Source: a virus (lineage: Duplodnaviria > Caudoviricetes). From it: DNA of 55,238 nucleotides. The position numbers and the translations under genes were made by a program. Position 1 is the first letter of the stretch, and every line of letters starts with the position of its first letter. Shown here piece after piece: positions 43,189 to 53,425 of the stretch. The DNA lies in the IMG/VR virus record IMGVR_UViG_3300043436_001540, positions 1 through 55,238 of that record. One strand, given 5' to 3'. The notes under the pieces are model-generated. The model was not told the origin of the DNA, made no database searches, and was given only the letters and a program-made list of their open reading frames with translations.

Positions 43189-44060
43189 ACATTCCAATCA
43201 TTTGCTTTTAATTCATTGATCCAATTGGACAGATATCTTGTCGGTCTCCAACCAAGTTCACGAGTCTTGGCATCAACCACCGGAGCTGACATACGATTAC
43301 CCTGTCGTTCTGGTAGCATTATAACACTTGACTTTGAATTGTCAAACATTTTGGCAATATCCAGGATAGAATAATCGAACTGATGGCCAATACCATATTC
43401 ATCGCCCTGACCTTGCTGACCGATGAGAACCAAAGCATCAACGATATCGTCCACATGAGTGAAGTTACGAGTTTGAGTACCGGGTGATACCACAGTAAGA
43501 GGTTGGCCGTTCTTCATAGCTTCACGGAACTTGGCAATCAGAGTGGCGTATTTACCGGATGCAATCTCACGCTTACCATAGACATTGTAGAAGTACGTGA
43601 TGGCATACTCAATATCATTCCATTGGCAATATTGCTTCACGAGTTCAGTATTCGATGCTTTTGACCATTGATACGGACTGACAACATCAACCTCGGCAAA
43701 CTTTGTTGACGAACCGGCGTAGATCAGTTTGGCTTCACATTGTTTTACGAACTTAAGCACCTCGTATGTCCCTACTTTATTGTAGTTCCACACAAGTTCC
43801 ATATCGTCAAACGATTGCTCTACTCGAGAATACTCACCGAGATGATACACATAATCAAAGTCACGACCATGTAACAACGACATGATTTCCTCAGTGCTTC
43901 CGGTAATATATTCAACACCGGGTACATGATTATCAGTCGACCCTGTAAAATAATTGTCGAGCGATGTGACCTCAAAGCCCATGGCCACCAAACGCTCTGA
44001 TAGGTGGCTGCCAATAAAACCGGCGCCACCTGTTACTAATACCTTAGCAATTCTCATCAA
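43185..44060 (-). CDS. NAD-dependent nucleotide-sugar epimerase/dehydratase
   Basis: TGGAGFIG, YQWSK, NVYG, RNFTHVDD. Confidence 0.92.
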   Translation of the reverse strand: MMRIAKVLVTGGAGFIGSHLSERLVAMGFEVTSLDNYFTGSTDNHVPGVEYITGSTEEIMSLLHGRDFDYVYHLGEYSRVEQSFDDMELVWNYNKVGTYEVLKFVKQCEAKLIYAGSSTKFAEVDVVSPYQWSKASNTELVKQYCQWNDIEYAITYFYNVYGKREIASGKYATLIAKFREAMKNGQPLTVVSPGTQTRNFTHVDDIVDALVLIGQQGQGDEYGIGHQFDYSILDIAKMFDNSKSSVIMLPERQGNRMSAPVVDAKTRELGWRPTRYLSNWINELKANDWNV

Positions 44061-44211
44061 ATAAAATCCTCACCATATGTGCCTACGTAATATCGGTGAA
44101 CCATAGGCTCGCCGAGTTCTTTTTCTCTACGATGTACTTCCGACACTGTAGTATTATAGTATTTAGCCACTTTTTCATACAATTCTTCAACAAAATCTTT
44201 ATTGGGTTTCA

Positions 44212-44769
44212 TTATGCCGCTTTCAACATTTCAGTTTCAAGAAAAATTTCATCAGTCATAGTGCACAATTCGGTAAAAGTAGTCACTCGATATTGTTCCA
44301 ACTTGTTAATTCTATTTGTATTGGAATTCCAGGTGGCATCAATATTTTTGATAGTACCAGGTCCGTTCAGAAATGTCAACTTAATTTTTGTGTTAAGATG
44401 GGAGGCGGGTATATAGTAGTACATACAGGCATCAGTATGAGGGTTGTAAATAACCGCCCGAATAGAACCTTTTGTAATACCTGCACCGGATTCGATATTT
44501 GTAATCCGAACAGAATAGCAGTTGTTAGTGTTTTGTTGAGGATTTATCTTGATTGATCCTGTTTTACATTCAGTAAGGTCAGAAAAATCATGGTGTTCGC
44601 CGTCGACGAACTCATAACCACCGACTGCGGCCATGGTTTCCTCAATCATTTTTTCAATATTCATCCAACCCCAATGTGTATCCATAAAGGATTTCACTTC
44701 GGTTGAATTAGCAATGGATGGATGATATTCGCGGATGATTGTGTGATAGAGAGTTTTTGATTTGCACAT
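44212..44769 (-). CDS. hypothetical protein, possible PD-(D/E)xK endonuclease
   Basis: EE...DFSDLTECKT; own TTGAC promoter; inserted in the modification cluster. Confidence 0.55.
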   Translation of the reverse strand: MCKSKTLYHTIIREYHPSIANSTEVKSFMDTHWGWMNIEKMIEETMAAVGGYEFVDGEHHDFSDLTECKTGSIKINPQQNTNNCYSVRITNIESGAGITKGSIRAVIYNPHTDACMYYYIPASHLNTKIKLTFLNGPGTIKNIDATWNSNTNRINKLEQYRVTTFTELCTMTDEIFLETEMLKAA

Positions 44770-44868
44770 GATGTGTCTCCTCTGTTAGTTAGAACATAAA
44801 ACATTCTAACACCAAAGTCAACCCAAATAACACAGAAATTGCACATTTTTTGCATAAAAATAAACTTT

Positions 44869-45819
44869 TTATTGATGAATCGACTTTCTTCCTGTCGGAT
44901 AGACATCTTTTGAGAACTCATGGTCGATATATGCATCATCCTGACCAAAGTTACGCTGAAGTTCCATACCATAGTTGTCCACTTTATTGACAATTTTGGC
45001 ATCTTTCTTCAGGATAAGAGGATTCTGTCGAGCAGGGAACCCATCTTTGTTCATAATGGCATCAAGATCCACATGGTGATGGGTCCGACCGTAGCGTTCA
45101 ATCAGGGTGACACATTCGGGATGCATCTCCTTCAGCATCTGCGACTTCTTAAGTGAAGCATCTTCTTGATAGTTATTATAGATTTCAGATGTGTTACCAC
45201 CCTTAACAGTACCAGTACGCAGTTTTCCACACAAGAATGAATAGAACAACATGGTGGTGAGACCTTCCTTAAGTACTCGGATGGAAAGGTCAACGTCCTC
45301 GTTGTATTTGCCACGCCATTTGACAGGGCATGAGTTGTCAATTAGGAAGCAAGACATGATACGAGTGTTCAGAATGTAAGGTGGGTATGGATAATCATCC
45401 ACACAGAAGAACTTGTATTGGAACCCAGCCAATGCCACATTTTCGTACCGATCTACAAAGTCTTCGGCTGCACGGAAAATAGCAGAACCTTTGTCGACAC
45501 GATATCGCTTATTGTTATGGAACCGCCAGAACTCAGCCATATTATCATCCATAAGCCAGTGTCGAGCAAAACCATTGGCCTGAGAATGTTCCCAGCACCA
45601 ATTACGAGCAGGGCCTGAACCTTTGCCGTGGTTAGAGAAAGGAAGTTTCAGAACTTTCTTGGGATCAATTACAGCCGCATACTTATCATACTCTTGAGGC
45701 TCGACTGCAATATAATACGGCACACCCATATTCTCAAGTGCCTTAGATGTATATCGACTATCCCACCGACCTTTACTGATAATATAGATTGGATATTTTG
45801 TGCTAAATTCTTCAGACAT
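44869..45819 (-). CDS. TET/JBP-associated (GREB1-like) glycosyltransferase
   Basis: YPIYIISKGR, VEPQE, ARNWCW, HWLMDDN, WRGKYNEDVDL, KGGNT. Confidence 0.85.
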   Translation of the reverse strand: MSEEFSTKYPIYIISKGRWDSRYTSKALENMGVPYYIAVEPQEYDKYAAVIDPKKVLKLPFSNHGKGSGPARNWCWEHSQANGFARHWLMDDNMAEFWRFHNNKRYRVDKGSAIFRAAEDFVDRYENVALAGFQYKFFCVDDYPYPPYILNTRIMSCFLIDNSCPVKWRGKYNEDVDLSIRVLKEGLTTMLFYSFLCGKLRTGTVKGGNTSEIYNNYQEDASLKKSQMLKEMHPECVTLIERYGRTHHHVDLDAIMNKDGFPARQNPLILKKDAKIVNKVDNYGMELQRNFGQDDAYIDHEFSKDVYPTGRKSIHQ

Positions 45820-46090
45820 TTTCTACATACCTATTCAACATATTTGCATGACGTTCTTTTTCTGGGTGCCAGATCACATTGGTTCTGTCGGTGAGTTGTT
45901 GACCAATGAGTTGAGCAAATTTTTCTCGGTCCTCACGGGTCTTAAAGAACACCTTAATCTGTTTCCAAGGTTCTAGATTGGTGGTGTAAAAGGCCGGCAT
46001 TCCAGCCGCATACCATTGCCGATACGGATCACGCCAATCATTTTGAAGTTGTTCAATTGTATCAAAATCAGTTAACATATCAGTCTCCAA
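45812..46090 (-). CDS. small protein co-occurring with DNA glycosyltransferase
   Basis: W..GMPAF, VFFKTREDREKFAQLIGQ.LT..T..IW.P. Confidence 0.65.
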   Translation of the reverse strand: METDMLTDFDTIEQLQNDWRDPYRQWYAAGMPAFYTTNLEPWKQIKVFFKTREDREKFAQLIGQQLTDRTNVIWHPEKERHANMLNRYVENV

Positions 46091-46388
46091 AAAACATATC
46101 TAAACCGGATTTCTCTTCGGTAGTAAAAACCATTTCCTTAAGTTTGGGCAATGGGACGTGACCGATTGTCTGCATAAAATGCACATATTGCTCAAACGAA
46201 TGGAAGTTGACATATAGAGACTGCCATTCTTCCGGGAACTCAGGGTTTACTTTTTTAGGTTGGACCTTGGGTTTATACTCAGAGGTATCATCAATAAACT
46301 CACCAAGATCGACTGGAAGATTATCCTCTGCAACAAACCCGACTAGATCGTCGTAGTCTTCTGAGGTATCGCGTACATATTCTTTCAT
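46080..46388 (-). CDS. small paralog of 45812..46090
   Basis: LYVNFHSFEQYVHFMQTIGH resembles the neighbour's VFF...FAQLIGQ. Confidence 0.6.
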   Translation of the reverse strand: MKEYVRDTSEDYDDLVGFVAEDNLPVDLGEFIDDTSEYKPKVQPKKVNPEFPEEWQSLYVNFHSFEQYVHFMQTIGHVPLPKLKEMVFTTEEKSGLDMFFGD

Positions 46389-46447
46389 AGTATCCTCACT
46401 ATATTACTTTAGCATATCATAACCGACATTGTAGGTAATGTCAACTA

Positions 46448-46888
46448 CTATTTAGAATTTTCCACTACACGTTTTCTCAGGTCTGACGAACTGAATCTGT
46501 GATCTCGACGATTGAAGTAGAGTCGGATATTTTTCTGCTTACAAACATCCTTACCGGTGAAGTCCTTATTTCGATATTCATCACCCATGATCTTCACATC
46601 AATTTGAAACATTTCAAGAATATCAATAAGGTCTGTTTCAGTCTGATAGCAAACGATCTCATCAACATATGTGACAGCGGCGATTTGCACATATCGTTCG
46701 ACCAATGTCTGCACGGGTTTATTTTTCTCGGGCCGGTCGACCGACGGATCAACCTGAAGTCCTACGATAAGATAATCACACTGTGTCTTGGCCTCACGTA
46801 ACATGGCAATATGACCTGCATGAAGTAAGTCGAATGTTGACGCCGTAAAGCCTATAGTTTTTTTAGTATTTTCCAAGTTTCTCTCCAA
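46448..46888 (-). CDS. cytidylyltransferase (TagD-like)
   Basis: STFDLLHAGH, RDHRFSSS. Confidence 0.9.
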   Translation of the reverse strand: MERNLENTKKTIGFTASTFDLLHAGHIAMLREAKTQCDYLIVGLQVDPSVDRPEKNKPVQTLVERYVQIAAVTYVDEIVCYQTETDLIDILEMFQIDVKIMGDEYRNKDFTGKDVCKQKNIRLYFNRRDHRFSSSDLRKRVVENSK

Positions 46889-47559
46889 TCCTTTACATGA
46901 TAAACATTACCACCGCCTTGGGCAATCTTTAGGGCAAGAGCATAGTCATTGCCATTGGGATCCATTTTATCACCGAAGAAGTAAAGTTTATCCTGCGCGG
47001 AAAAGTCATGAATAATTTGAGCTTTATCTCTTCCGATTTCAGTGATATCAATTCCAATTTCACCAGCCACAGCCGCTACCATGTTATATTTAGTAAAATC
47101 TATATTAAAAAGTTTGGCAATCATATCTCGTTCACTGATATGTTTATCATATGATACATATTCAGATCTTTGTTCTTTCGTAGCACCTCGGCCGATAGTG
47201 CTAAAGTTTATAAGACCTGGTCGAACTTCTACATGGGTGCCGGTTTTATGTTGGAATGGACTGGATTCTACCCAGTAATCAAAAAACTCTTGCATATCTG
47301 GATATACTTGAATGGTATGAGTTCGGATATTCCTATCACCCACCCATACATCATTCCCGGCACATTGATATAATGTATCACATAACATCGGAATGATTTC
47401 ACCGATCTGTTCTATTGTTTTTACTCTATCACTGCCGGTAACAAGACTCACACTATGCTTAGAGCAAAAATGTTCGAAGAACAATTCAAACTCCGGATCA
47501 ATAGTGCCTCGGGATGGTGTCAGTGTCCCATCGACATCAAAGATGTACCGATTTGCCAT
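46852..47559 (-). CDS. HAD-IIB phosphomannomutase-like protein
   Basis: FDVDGTLT, VTGSD, FFGDKMDPNGND. Confidence 0.88.
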   Translation of the reverse strand: MANRYIFDVDGTLTPSRGTIDPEFELFFEHFCSKHSVSLVTGSDRVKTIEQIGEIIPMLCDTLYQCAGNDVWVGDRNIRTHTIQVYPDMQEFFDYWVESSPFQHKTGTHVEVRPGLINFSTIGRGATKEQRSEYVSYDKHISERDMIAKLFNIDFTKYNMVAAVAGEIGIDITEIGRDKAQIIHDFSAQDKLYFFGDKMDPNGNDYALALKIAQGGGNVYHVKDWRETWKILKKL

Positions 47560-47716
47560 GTTCAAATCTCACTATTTCATCCTTGAGCATCAACTTTTCT
47601 TTTTTGAGTGGGGCGATATATTTCTCTGGCGCGTGTTCAGCTTCAAGTGCTTCAATACGCTTATGTAGATCTTTATGTTTACGTTTTAAAGCCTCAATAT
47701 GTCCTTCAATACTCAT
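47537..47716 (-). CDS. YdcH/DUF465-like small coiled-coil protein
   Basis: LKRKHKDLHKRI...LKKEKLMLKDEI; coupled to the gp46 stop. Confidence 0.7.
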   Translation of the reverse strand: MSIEGHIEALKRKHKDLHKRIEALEAEHAPEKYIAPLKKEKLMLKDEIVRFEHGKSVHL

Positions 47717-49422
47717 GCTACCATCCTTGAAAAGTTTTTGTGTTTTTCGAAGCGAATAATGTTCTCAAATTTATCATACAACTGATCGCCCTTGTGACTA
47801 ATAATAAACACATTTGAATCAGCTGTCAACTCATTAATGATCTTGAGGAATTCCTCAGTACCGGCATTATCAAGTGAACTGTCCATAATTTCGTCCATGA
47901 TCAGAATGTTAGTGGTAACCGAATTGCGGAGTTTGGATACGGCACGCCATGTAAACAGGAGAGCCAAATCAATCCGCAACTTCTCACCTTCAGAAAATGA
48001 TCCATATGAAAACTCATCACGGAACCGAGATTTGATAGTTTCTTCGAAGCTTTCGTTCAGTTCGAATTGAACAAAGAAGTCCATGGCCGAAAGATACTTG
48101 TTAATCAACTTGTTCATAATTGGGACGTATTGTTTAATGATCCGTGTCTTGATACCACCATCCTTAAGCATTGAACCCACAACCGATAACGTATCACGGT
48201 CCTGATGCAATTGCTCTTGCTTGATATGGAATGACTTGAGTTCATTCTCGAGGTCGTCAATCTTTGATGTGTCAACGACTTCAACTTCCTTCTCGGCATT
48301 CTCAAGTTCTTTTTTCAGACCATTCAACACCGACATTGATAGTCTCACATTTGCTCTATGCTCAGATGTTTTAAGGTTCGTCGACGAAATTTCATCCTCG
48401 ACATCAGAAATTTCATTCAGACGAGACTCTTGCTTCTTAAGAATATCCTTTAATGCACCTGTAGCAATGTCAATTTGTTCTATCACACCGGCGTTATGGT
48501 CAATCGTGGCCTCTTTAAAGTCATGATCAATGCCTTGCTTACAAGTGGGACAGTTATTATGGTCGTGATAAAAGCCGATTTCTTTCTTGAGTCTGTTCTG
48601 TTTTGTGTTTAACTTATTCAGGGTATCCAATGTCTCAGTATGCTTTGCCTTAATTGAAGCCTTATCTGAAATAGATTCAATCAAATTATCAATAACAGTA
48701 CCGAGCCCAGAGATATGCTCATTTTGTTCCTCAATGTATGTGAGTTGTTCCCGAACCTTATCCTTAATACGAGAAACTTCCGTCTCTTTAATTCGCCGAA
48801 TAGATTCATTATGTTCTTTGGTAGCTTCGATCCGATCCTTAATGATATCAATCTGATATTTGATGTCTGTGATCTCACCCTTATTGGTCTGCACTTTATC
48901 TTTTAATAGCACATTCATGGTGCTAAAGATCTGAATGTCAAGAAGATCTTCAATAACTTCGCGGCGATGAGCGGCAGGAAGTTGCATAAATGGAACAAAG
49001 GTCGAGCTGCCCAACACAACAACCTGGCCGAATGACTTGAAGTTCATCTTCAGAATGTTCTGCTCTAGGTATGCTTGGTAGTCACGAGAGGCAGCATCCT
49101 GGTTAATCAACTCACCATTCTTCCAAATCTCAAAGAGGTTTGGCTTCATGCCTCTCTTAATCAAGAATTTGTTAGCGCCAATATCAAATTGAACTTCCAC
49201 CTCAAGATTCTTTTGATTGATAGAATTCATAAGCTGTGGTTTGTTAATCTTGCGGAATGGTTTACCATACAGCGCAAAGCAAATTGCATCGAGCATGGTC
49301 GATTTACCAGCACCATTCTCACCGACAATCAGCGTTGATTTGTTCTTATCTAACTTGATTTCCGTCCAAGAGTTACCAGTGGACAGAATGTTCTTATACT
49401 TTACATACTTAAAGTGGATCAC
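47713..49422 (-). CDS. recombination endonuclease ATPase subunit (gp46, Rad50-like)
   Basis: GENGAGKS, CPTC zinc hook, FSEGE, MDE. Confidence 0.96.
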   Translation of the reverse strand: MIHFKYVKYKNILSTGNSWTEIKLDKNKSTLIVGENGAGKSTMLDAICFALYGKPFRKINKPQLMNSINQKNLEVEVQFDIGANKFLIKRGMKPNLFEIWKNGELINQDAASRDYQAYLEQNILKMNFKSFGQVVVLGSSTFVPFMQLPAAHRREVIEDLLDIQIFSTMNVLLKDKVQTNKGEITDIKYQIDIIKDRIEATKEHNESIRRIKETEVSRIKDKVREQLTYIEEQNEHISGLGTVIDNLIESISDKASIKAKHTETLDTLNKLNTKQNRLKKEIGFYHDHNNCPTCKQGIDHDFKEATIDHNAGVIEQIDIATGALKDILKKQESRLNEISDVEDEISSTNLKTSEHRANVRLSMSVLNGLKKELENAEKEVEVVDTSKIDDLENELKSFHIKQEQLHQDRDTLSVVGSMLKDGGIKTRIIKQYVPIMNKLINKYLSAMDFFVQFELNESFEETIKSRFRDEFSYGSFSEGEKLRIDLALLFTWRAVSKLRNSVTTNILIMDEIMDSSLDNAGTEEFLKIINELTADSNVFIISHKGDQLYDKFENIIRFEKHKNFSRMVA

Positions 49423-50486
49423 AGATTCACCGCCTCTTGATATAGTTCTCGTAGAAAATGTTCGACACGTTTCCTATCACCTCTGAACTCAATGGTATCA
49501 ATATATTTAGTCAAAATAGTCATAGTATCTTGAGCTTCATCAATAAGTGACTCATCGTCGGTAAGTTCTAGGTTCAGGTGGTCATCAATCACCTTGATGT
49601 CCGATGCTCCAGCCTGTTGGAGTCGGTCAATGAACAAGTCGAACAGATATGGGTTAGTCTTATTATGTACTATAACCTTAATATATGTTCCTGTCAACTG
49701 CGAAGTGTCAAGATTTGAAATATCTTCGATGGTCATATCCTCGTCAGAATACTTGATCTTATGGAAGATAGAGTATGGATTTTGCACAAATTCGATCTCA
49801 CGTGTTTCGGTGTCAAAGATGTGAAACCCACGTGGATCGTTGTAGTCACTCCAAGTCATTTCATACGGCGATCCAAGGTATGAAATATTCTTATGTGTTG
49901 ACTTATGATGGAAATGCCCAGAGCAGACCAGATCGAACTTAGAGAACACATCGGCCTTTTCGCCATGCTCACATACTGCCCCACGATACATCTCGAACCC
50001 TTCAATCTCGAAATGTCCCATCAGTACTCGAGCATCTGTCTGATCCATGGCTTTCATAGACTCGGCATAATTCTCTTCGCAGATCCATGGGCAAAGCATA
50101 ATCTTAAGACCATCATAGTCTAACTCGACTGGTTTATCCCACCAAATGTGGAATAACTCTGGGTCTATATTAGAGAACAACTCATTAATACCATTAACTG
50201 AATTTGTATTCTTGTAATAGGTATCGTGGTTCCCCACCACAATATTCACATTAATGTTCTCATTAATAAGAGGCAGAATGAAATTGTCTTTTACATTCTT
50301 GAGAGTCACATAGTTAACATACTTCCGCCGATCCATAAGATCGCCAAGATGCAATACTGAAAGAATGTTATTTTCTTTTAGGTATGGAAGGAATACGTTA
50401 TAAAAGAATTTGTTTTGAAAATCGGCAAACACTTTACTATCATTTCTGACACCATAATGTGTATCAGTAATTAGAGCAATTTTCAT
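49419..50486 (-). CDS. recombination endonuclease subunit (gp47, Mre11-like)
   Basis: DTH, GD, GNHD and GHFH phosphoesterase motifs. Confidence 0.96.
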   Translation of the reverse strand: MKIALITDTHYGVRNDSKVFADFQNKFFYNVFLPYLKENNILSVLHLGDLMDRRKYVNYVTLKNVKDNFILPLINENINVNIVVGNHDTYYKNTNSVNGINELFSNIDPELFHIWWDKPVELDYDGLKIMLCPWICEENYAESMKAMDQTDARVLMGHFEIEGFEMYRGAVCEHGEKADVFSKFDLVCSGHFHHKSTHKNISYLGSPYEMTWSDYNDPRGFHIFDTETREIEFVQNPYSIFHKIKYSDEDMTIEDISNLDTSQLTGTYIKVIVHNKTNPYLFDLFIDRLQQAGASDIKVIDDHLNLELTDDESLIDEAQDTMTILTKYIDTIEFRGDRKRVEHFLRELYQEAVNL

Positions 50487-51028
50487 TCTTCTTCCTCATA
50501 AAATTGTTCAAGGCCTTCTTTTTTCTTTTCCTTGATGGCCTTTTTCTTTTCAATCGACTGTTCATAATTTTTAACGAAGTCACTCATATATGCATTATTT
50601 AGATCAATATATGCAGCATCACCAGAGTCACCCTCATTCTTATCAATAGTAGTACCGTGAATGACAGAGTTCTCTACCACTTTATGTTTAATATAGAGTT
50701 GCTTCTTCTCTTTTTCAATACGGCGAAGAAACGCGAACCAAATAATCTGAGTGAAATATGCAAAAGGATTACTTGATTTGGATGGATCAAAGTTATTTAA
50801 TGCTTGAATGGCATTTTCCAGGCCGTCGGATATCATATCATCCTTATATGAATACCCAGAAAAGTTTGGTCTACTGGCCAATCGTGTTGATATTTTATAG
50901 AGGCATACCCCAATATGGTTTGGAATCTTTGGGGTATCATCCCCAGAGTTCTCTGCTTCCTCACAGGCCTTTTTGTATGTAATGATTGATTGTAAAAATT
51001 CAGCATTATTGACATAGTTTCTAGTCAT
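50483..51028 (-). CDS. late sigma factor (gp55)
   Basis: NYVNN, NFSGYSY, NPFAYFTQI. Confidence 0.95.
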   Translation of the reverse strand: MTRNYVNNAEFLQSIITYKKACEEAENSGDDTPKIPNHIGVCLYKISTRLASRPNFSGYSYKDDMISDGLENAIQALNNFDPSKSSNPFAYFTQIIWFAFLRRIEKEKKQLYIKHKVVENSVIHGTTIDKNEGDSGDAAYIDLNNAYMSDFVKNYEQSIEKKKAIKEKKKEGLEQFYEEEE

Positions 51029-51089
51029 GCCCACTCCTTTTTTATTTCACTATATCATAAAGAAAAAAAATGTCAAACAATCTTTTTTG

Positions 51090-51118
51090 TTGACATTATG
51101 GAACTACGCGTGTATAAT
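51090..51118 (+). promoter_or_regulatory. consensus sigma70 promoter facing antisense into the uvsW operon
   Basis: TTGACA-17 bp-TATAAT; a divergent minus-strand TTGACA at 51076-51071 serves gp55. Confidence 0.75.
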
Positions 51119-51148
51119 GAGATTATGGTTTATAATATGATATCCACA

Positions 51149-51481
51149 TTAATGTTTAATGGATCCTTTTGCCTCTAACATGGCAACAAACATACCTTCT
51201 AGATCACTATCTGAGGCGGTAATCTTTTTTGTGTGACGATTCTTGAACTGATTGTAGAACTTAATAGCCTCTCTGTTAGCCTGAGAGACAATAAAGATAT
51301 CAGATTTAAAGATTCGAACAGTATTCAGACTGGCATGCATCAACCATTCTTTTGCAAAGAGTCCATGATGTGGATCTATGGCAAAGCATACAGGAGCTTC
51401 AAGATCAATCCACTCACTAGATTCGTCTACGACGTGTGCAACAAGGTCCTCACTATTTTTTAGTTTGACATGTGCAATCAA
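51149..51481 (-). CDS. conserved T4-like hypothetical protein (Sm-like?)
   Basis: VKLKNSEDLVA; downstream of uvsW. Confidence 0.7.
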   Translation of the reverse strand: MIAHVKLKNSEDLVAHVVDESSEWIDLEAPVCFAIDPHHGLFAKEWLMHASLNTVRIFKSDIFIVSQANREAIKFYNQFKNRHTKKITASDSDLEGMFVAMLEAKGSIKH

Positions 51482-52935
51482 TCTTTCATCTCCACATTGT
51501 AAAGCTTGAAGTCGAACCCTTCATTAGTATATATCTTGACTCGTTCCATGAAGTGCTGGATGGCAAAGTTCTTATGGGTTTTCCACTGAAGATCGTCAAC
51601 GATATCGTACAGTGTTGCTTTTTCCTTGCCATTACCTTTACGGAGAACACGACCTATGGACTGAAGATTGCGAATCTTAGACTTTGAAGGAGAAGCAAAC
51701 ACAACAGAATCAAGACGCTTGATATTAACCCCAGTACTAAAAGTGCCGTAAGAGGCAAGGATAATATTATCGTCAGAAGATTCAGTAATGCGGCGAACAG
51801 ATTCTCGATCTTCTGCATCAACTCCGCCGTGAATGAAGTGGACAGTCTTTCCTTCCTTCTGAAGCATTGGTTCAAGTATTTTACCATGCTTTTCCACAAA
51901 TTGAAATAGAATAAGAGTATTACCTTTAAGATTCCAGGATAGATTCCTTATATATTTATTACGTGCTTCATTACGTACTATCCAATCAATTTCATCTTGA
52001 TAATCTTTACCTTTGTTTAGTTTCCGCGCAGCTTCGCTATAACCAAGTACAATAGCCTTAATGCTAAAATCCGCAAGTGTATTGTCATCAATAAGAGTTT
52101 TAGTCTTAGTAACTTGATAGGTTTGACCAAATAGGCCTTCAAGTACCAGTTTATGGGTTTGCGTGTCATCCAATGTACCTGTAAAGCCGTAGCGATATAC
52201 AATATTGGGTGCTTTTTCCATGATACCGGTAATAGATTTTGCTTTTGCAAGATGAGCCTCGTCTACAATAATTGCATCGAACTGTTCAAACCATTTCTTT
52301 GGCATCTTATAGATTGACTGCCATGTGGTAATGGTATATGGTGCATTTGATAATTTGTCAACACCAGCACTGATCTTATGAATATCTAATTTACGGTTCT
52401 TATTATAATCATTAAAATCTGATGCCATCTGTTGAACAAGTGATGTGGTTGGAACTATCACAAGTACGCGGCGATCACTCTCAACATGGAATCTTGACAA
52501 TAGATAAATGATGAATGATTTACCAGATGCCGTTGGCGATAAAAACAGACCTCGATTGTTCTGTAGGGCCATTACCACAGCATTATTCTGATAGTCTCTT
52601 GGCTCATACGAGGAGTCAAACTCTTTTGCCAATGTGTAACCATAATCATTGGCTATCTTTTGTATAGGCCATACTTCCTTGGAAGCCAACTCTAAATCAT
52701 AGTTACGTTCACGGCAAAACTTTGCAATATGTGGAATGAGTCCGAAATAGATAAGTCCGGTCATAGGATTGAGAAGGCGAATTTTACCATCCCAGACTTT
52801 ATTCCGAACTGATGGCATAAATCTAGCACCTGGTACTTCAAATGTAAAGTATGCTGACATTTCCATTTTAATACCTGGATCTGCAACTATCCTTACATGT
52901 ATTTCATTCACTTTCTCAATAACTACTTTTTCCAT
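51478..52935 (-). CDS. uvsW: SF2 DNA helicase UvsW
   Basis: PTASGKS, DEAH, QSIGRVLR. Confidence 0.95.
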   Translation of the reverse strand: MEKVVIEKVNEIHVRIVADPGIKMEMSAYFTFEVPGARFMPSVRNKVWDGKIRLLNPMTGLIYFGLIPHIAKFCRERNYDLELASKEVWPIQKIANDYGYTLAKEFDSSYEPRDYQNNAVVMALQNNRGLFLSPTASGKSFIIYLLSRFHVESDRRVLVIVPTTSLVQQMASDFNDYNKNRKLDIHKISAGVDKLSNAPYTITTWQSIYKMPKKWFEQFDAIIVDEAHLAKAKSITGIMEKAPNIVYRYGFTGTLDDTQTHKLVLEGLFGQTYQVTKTKTLIDDNTLADFSIKAIVLGYSEAARKLNKGKDYQDEIDWIVRNEARNKYIRNLSWNLKGNTLILFQFVEKHGKILEPMLQKEGKTVHFIHGGVDAEDRESVRRITESSDDNIILASYGTFSTGVNIKRLDSVVFASPSKSKIRNLQSIGRVLRKGNGKEKATLYDIVDDLQWKTHKNFAIQHFMERVKIYTNEGFDFKLYNVEMKD

Positions 52936-53369
52936 TATGCACCGGTTCTAAATTTCTCCCAATCAATAATATTCTTGAGAACAAAATTGCGATTGTTAAT
53001 TTGTCGTATGATTGATTCTAAATATTCGACAATAGATTCTTGATATCCAATTTTAAGCGATAGTTTGACAATATCTTTATCAGATTCTATATATGTAGGA
53101 ATGTCTGATCTAAGAATTTTAAGGGGCTGCGGTTGCCAACCATATTCCTTAAGTTCTGTGGTATCCATATTACCGCCATAATAATCTGTCTTGAGTTTAA
53201 CAAGAGTTTTATAGTCGGATTTTAATTTTTTGAGTTTCAGACCTTCCTCTGAATACCAACGAAAGTATTTATTGTGCAGCTTTGGGATGTCTGCCGAGTT
53301 TCGGCCAATGTCGGCAATATCAATAGCCCCATCTTTGGCCCACTCATTATATAGATCTTCAATTTGCAT
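52935..53369 (-). CDS. uvsY: recombination mediator UvsY
   Basis: IPKLHNKY, YIESD, KNIIDWEKF; synteny. Confidence 0.9.
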   Translation of the reverse strand: MQIEDLYNEWAKDGAIDIADIGRNSADIPKLHNKYFRWYSEEGLKLKKLKSDYKTLVKLKTDYYGGNMDTTELKEYGWQPQPLKILRSDIPTYIESDKDIVKLSLKIGYQESIVEYLESIIRQINNRNFVLKNIIDWEKFRTGA

Positions 53370-53425
53370 TATAAACTCCTAATACAACGTGTTTGTTGTA
53401 TATCATATCATCAATAGCTATAATG

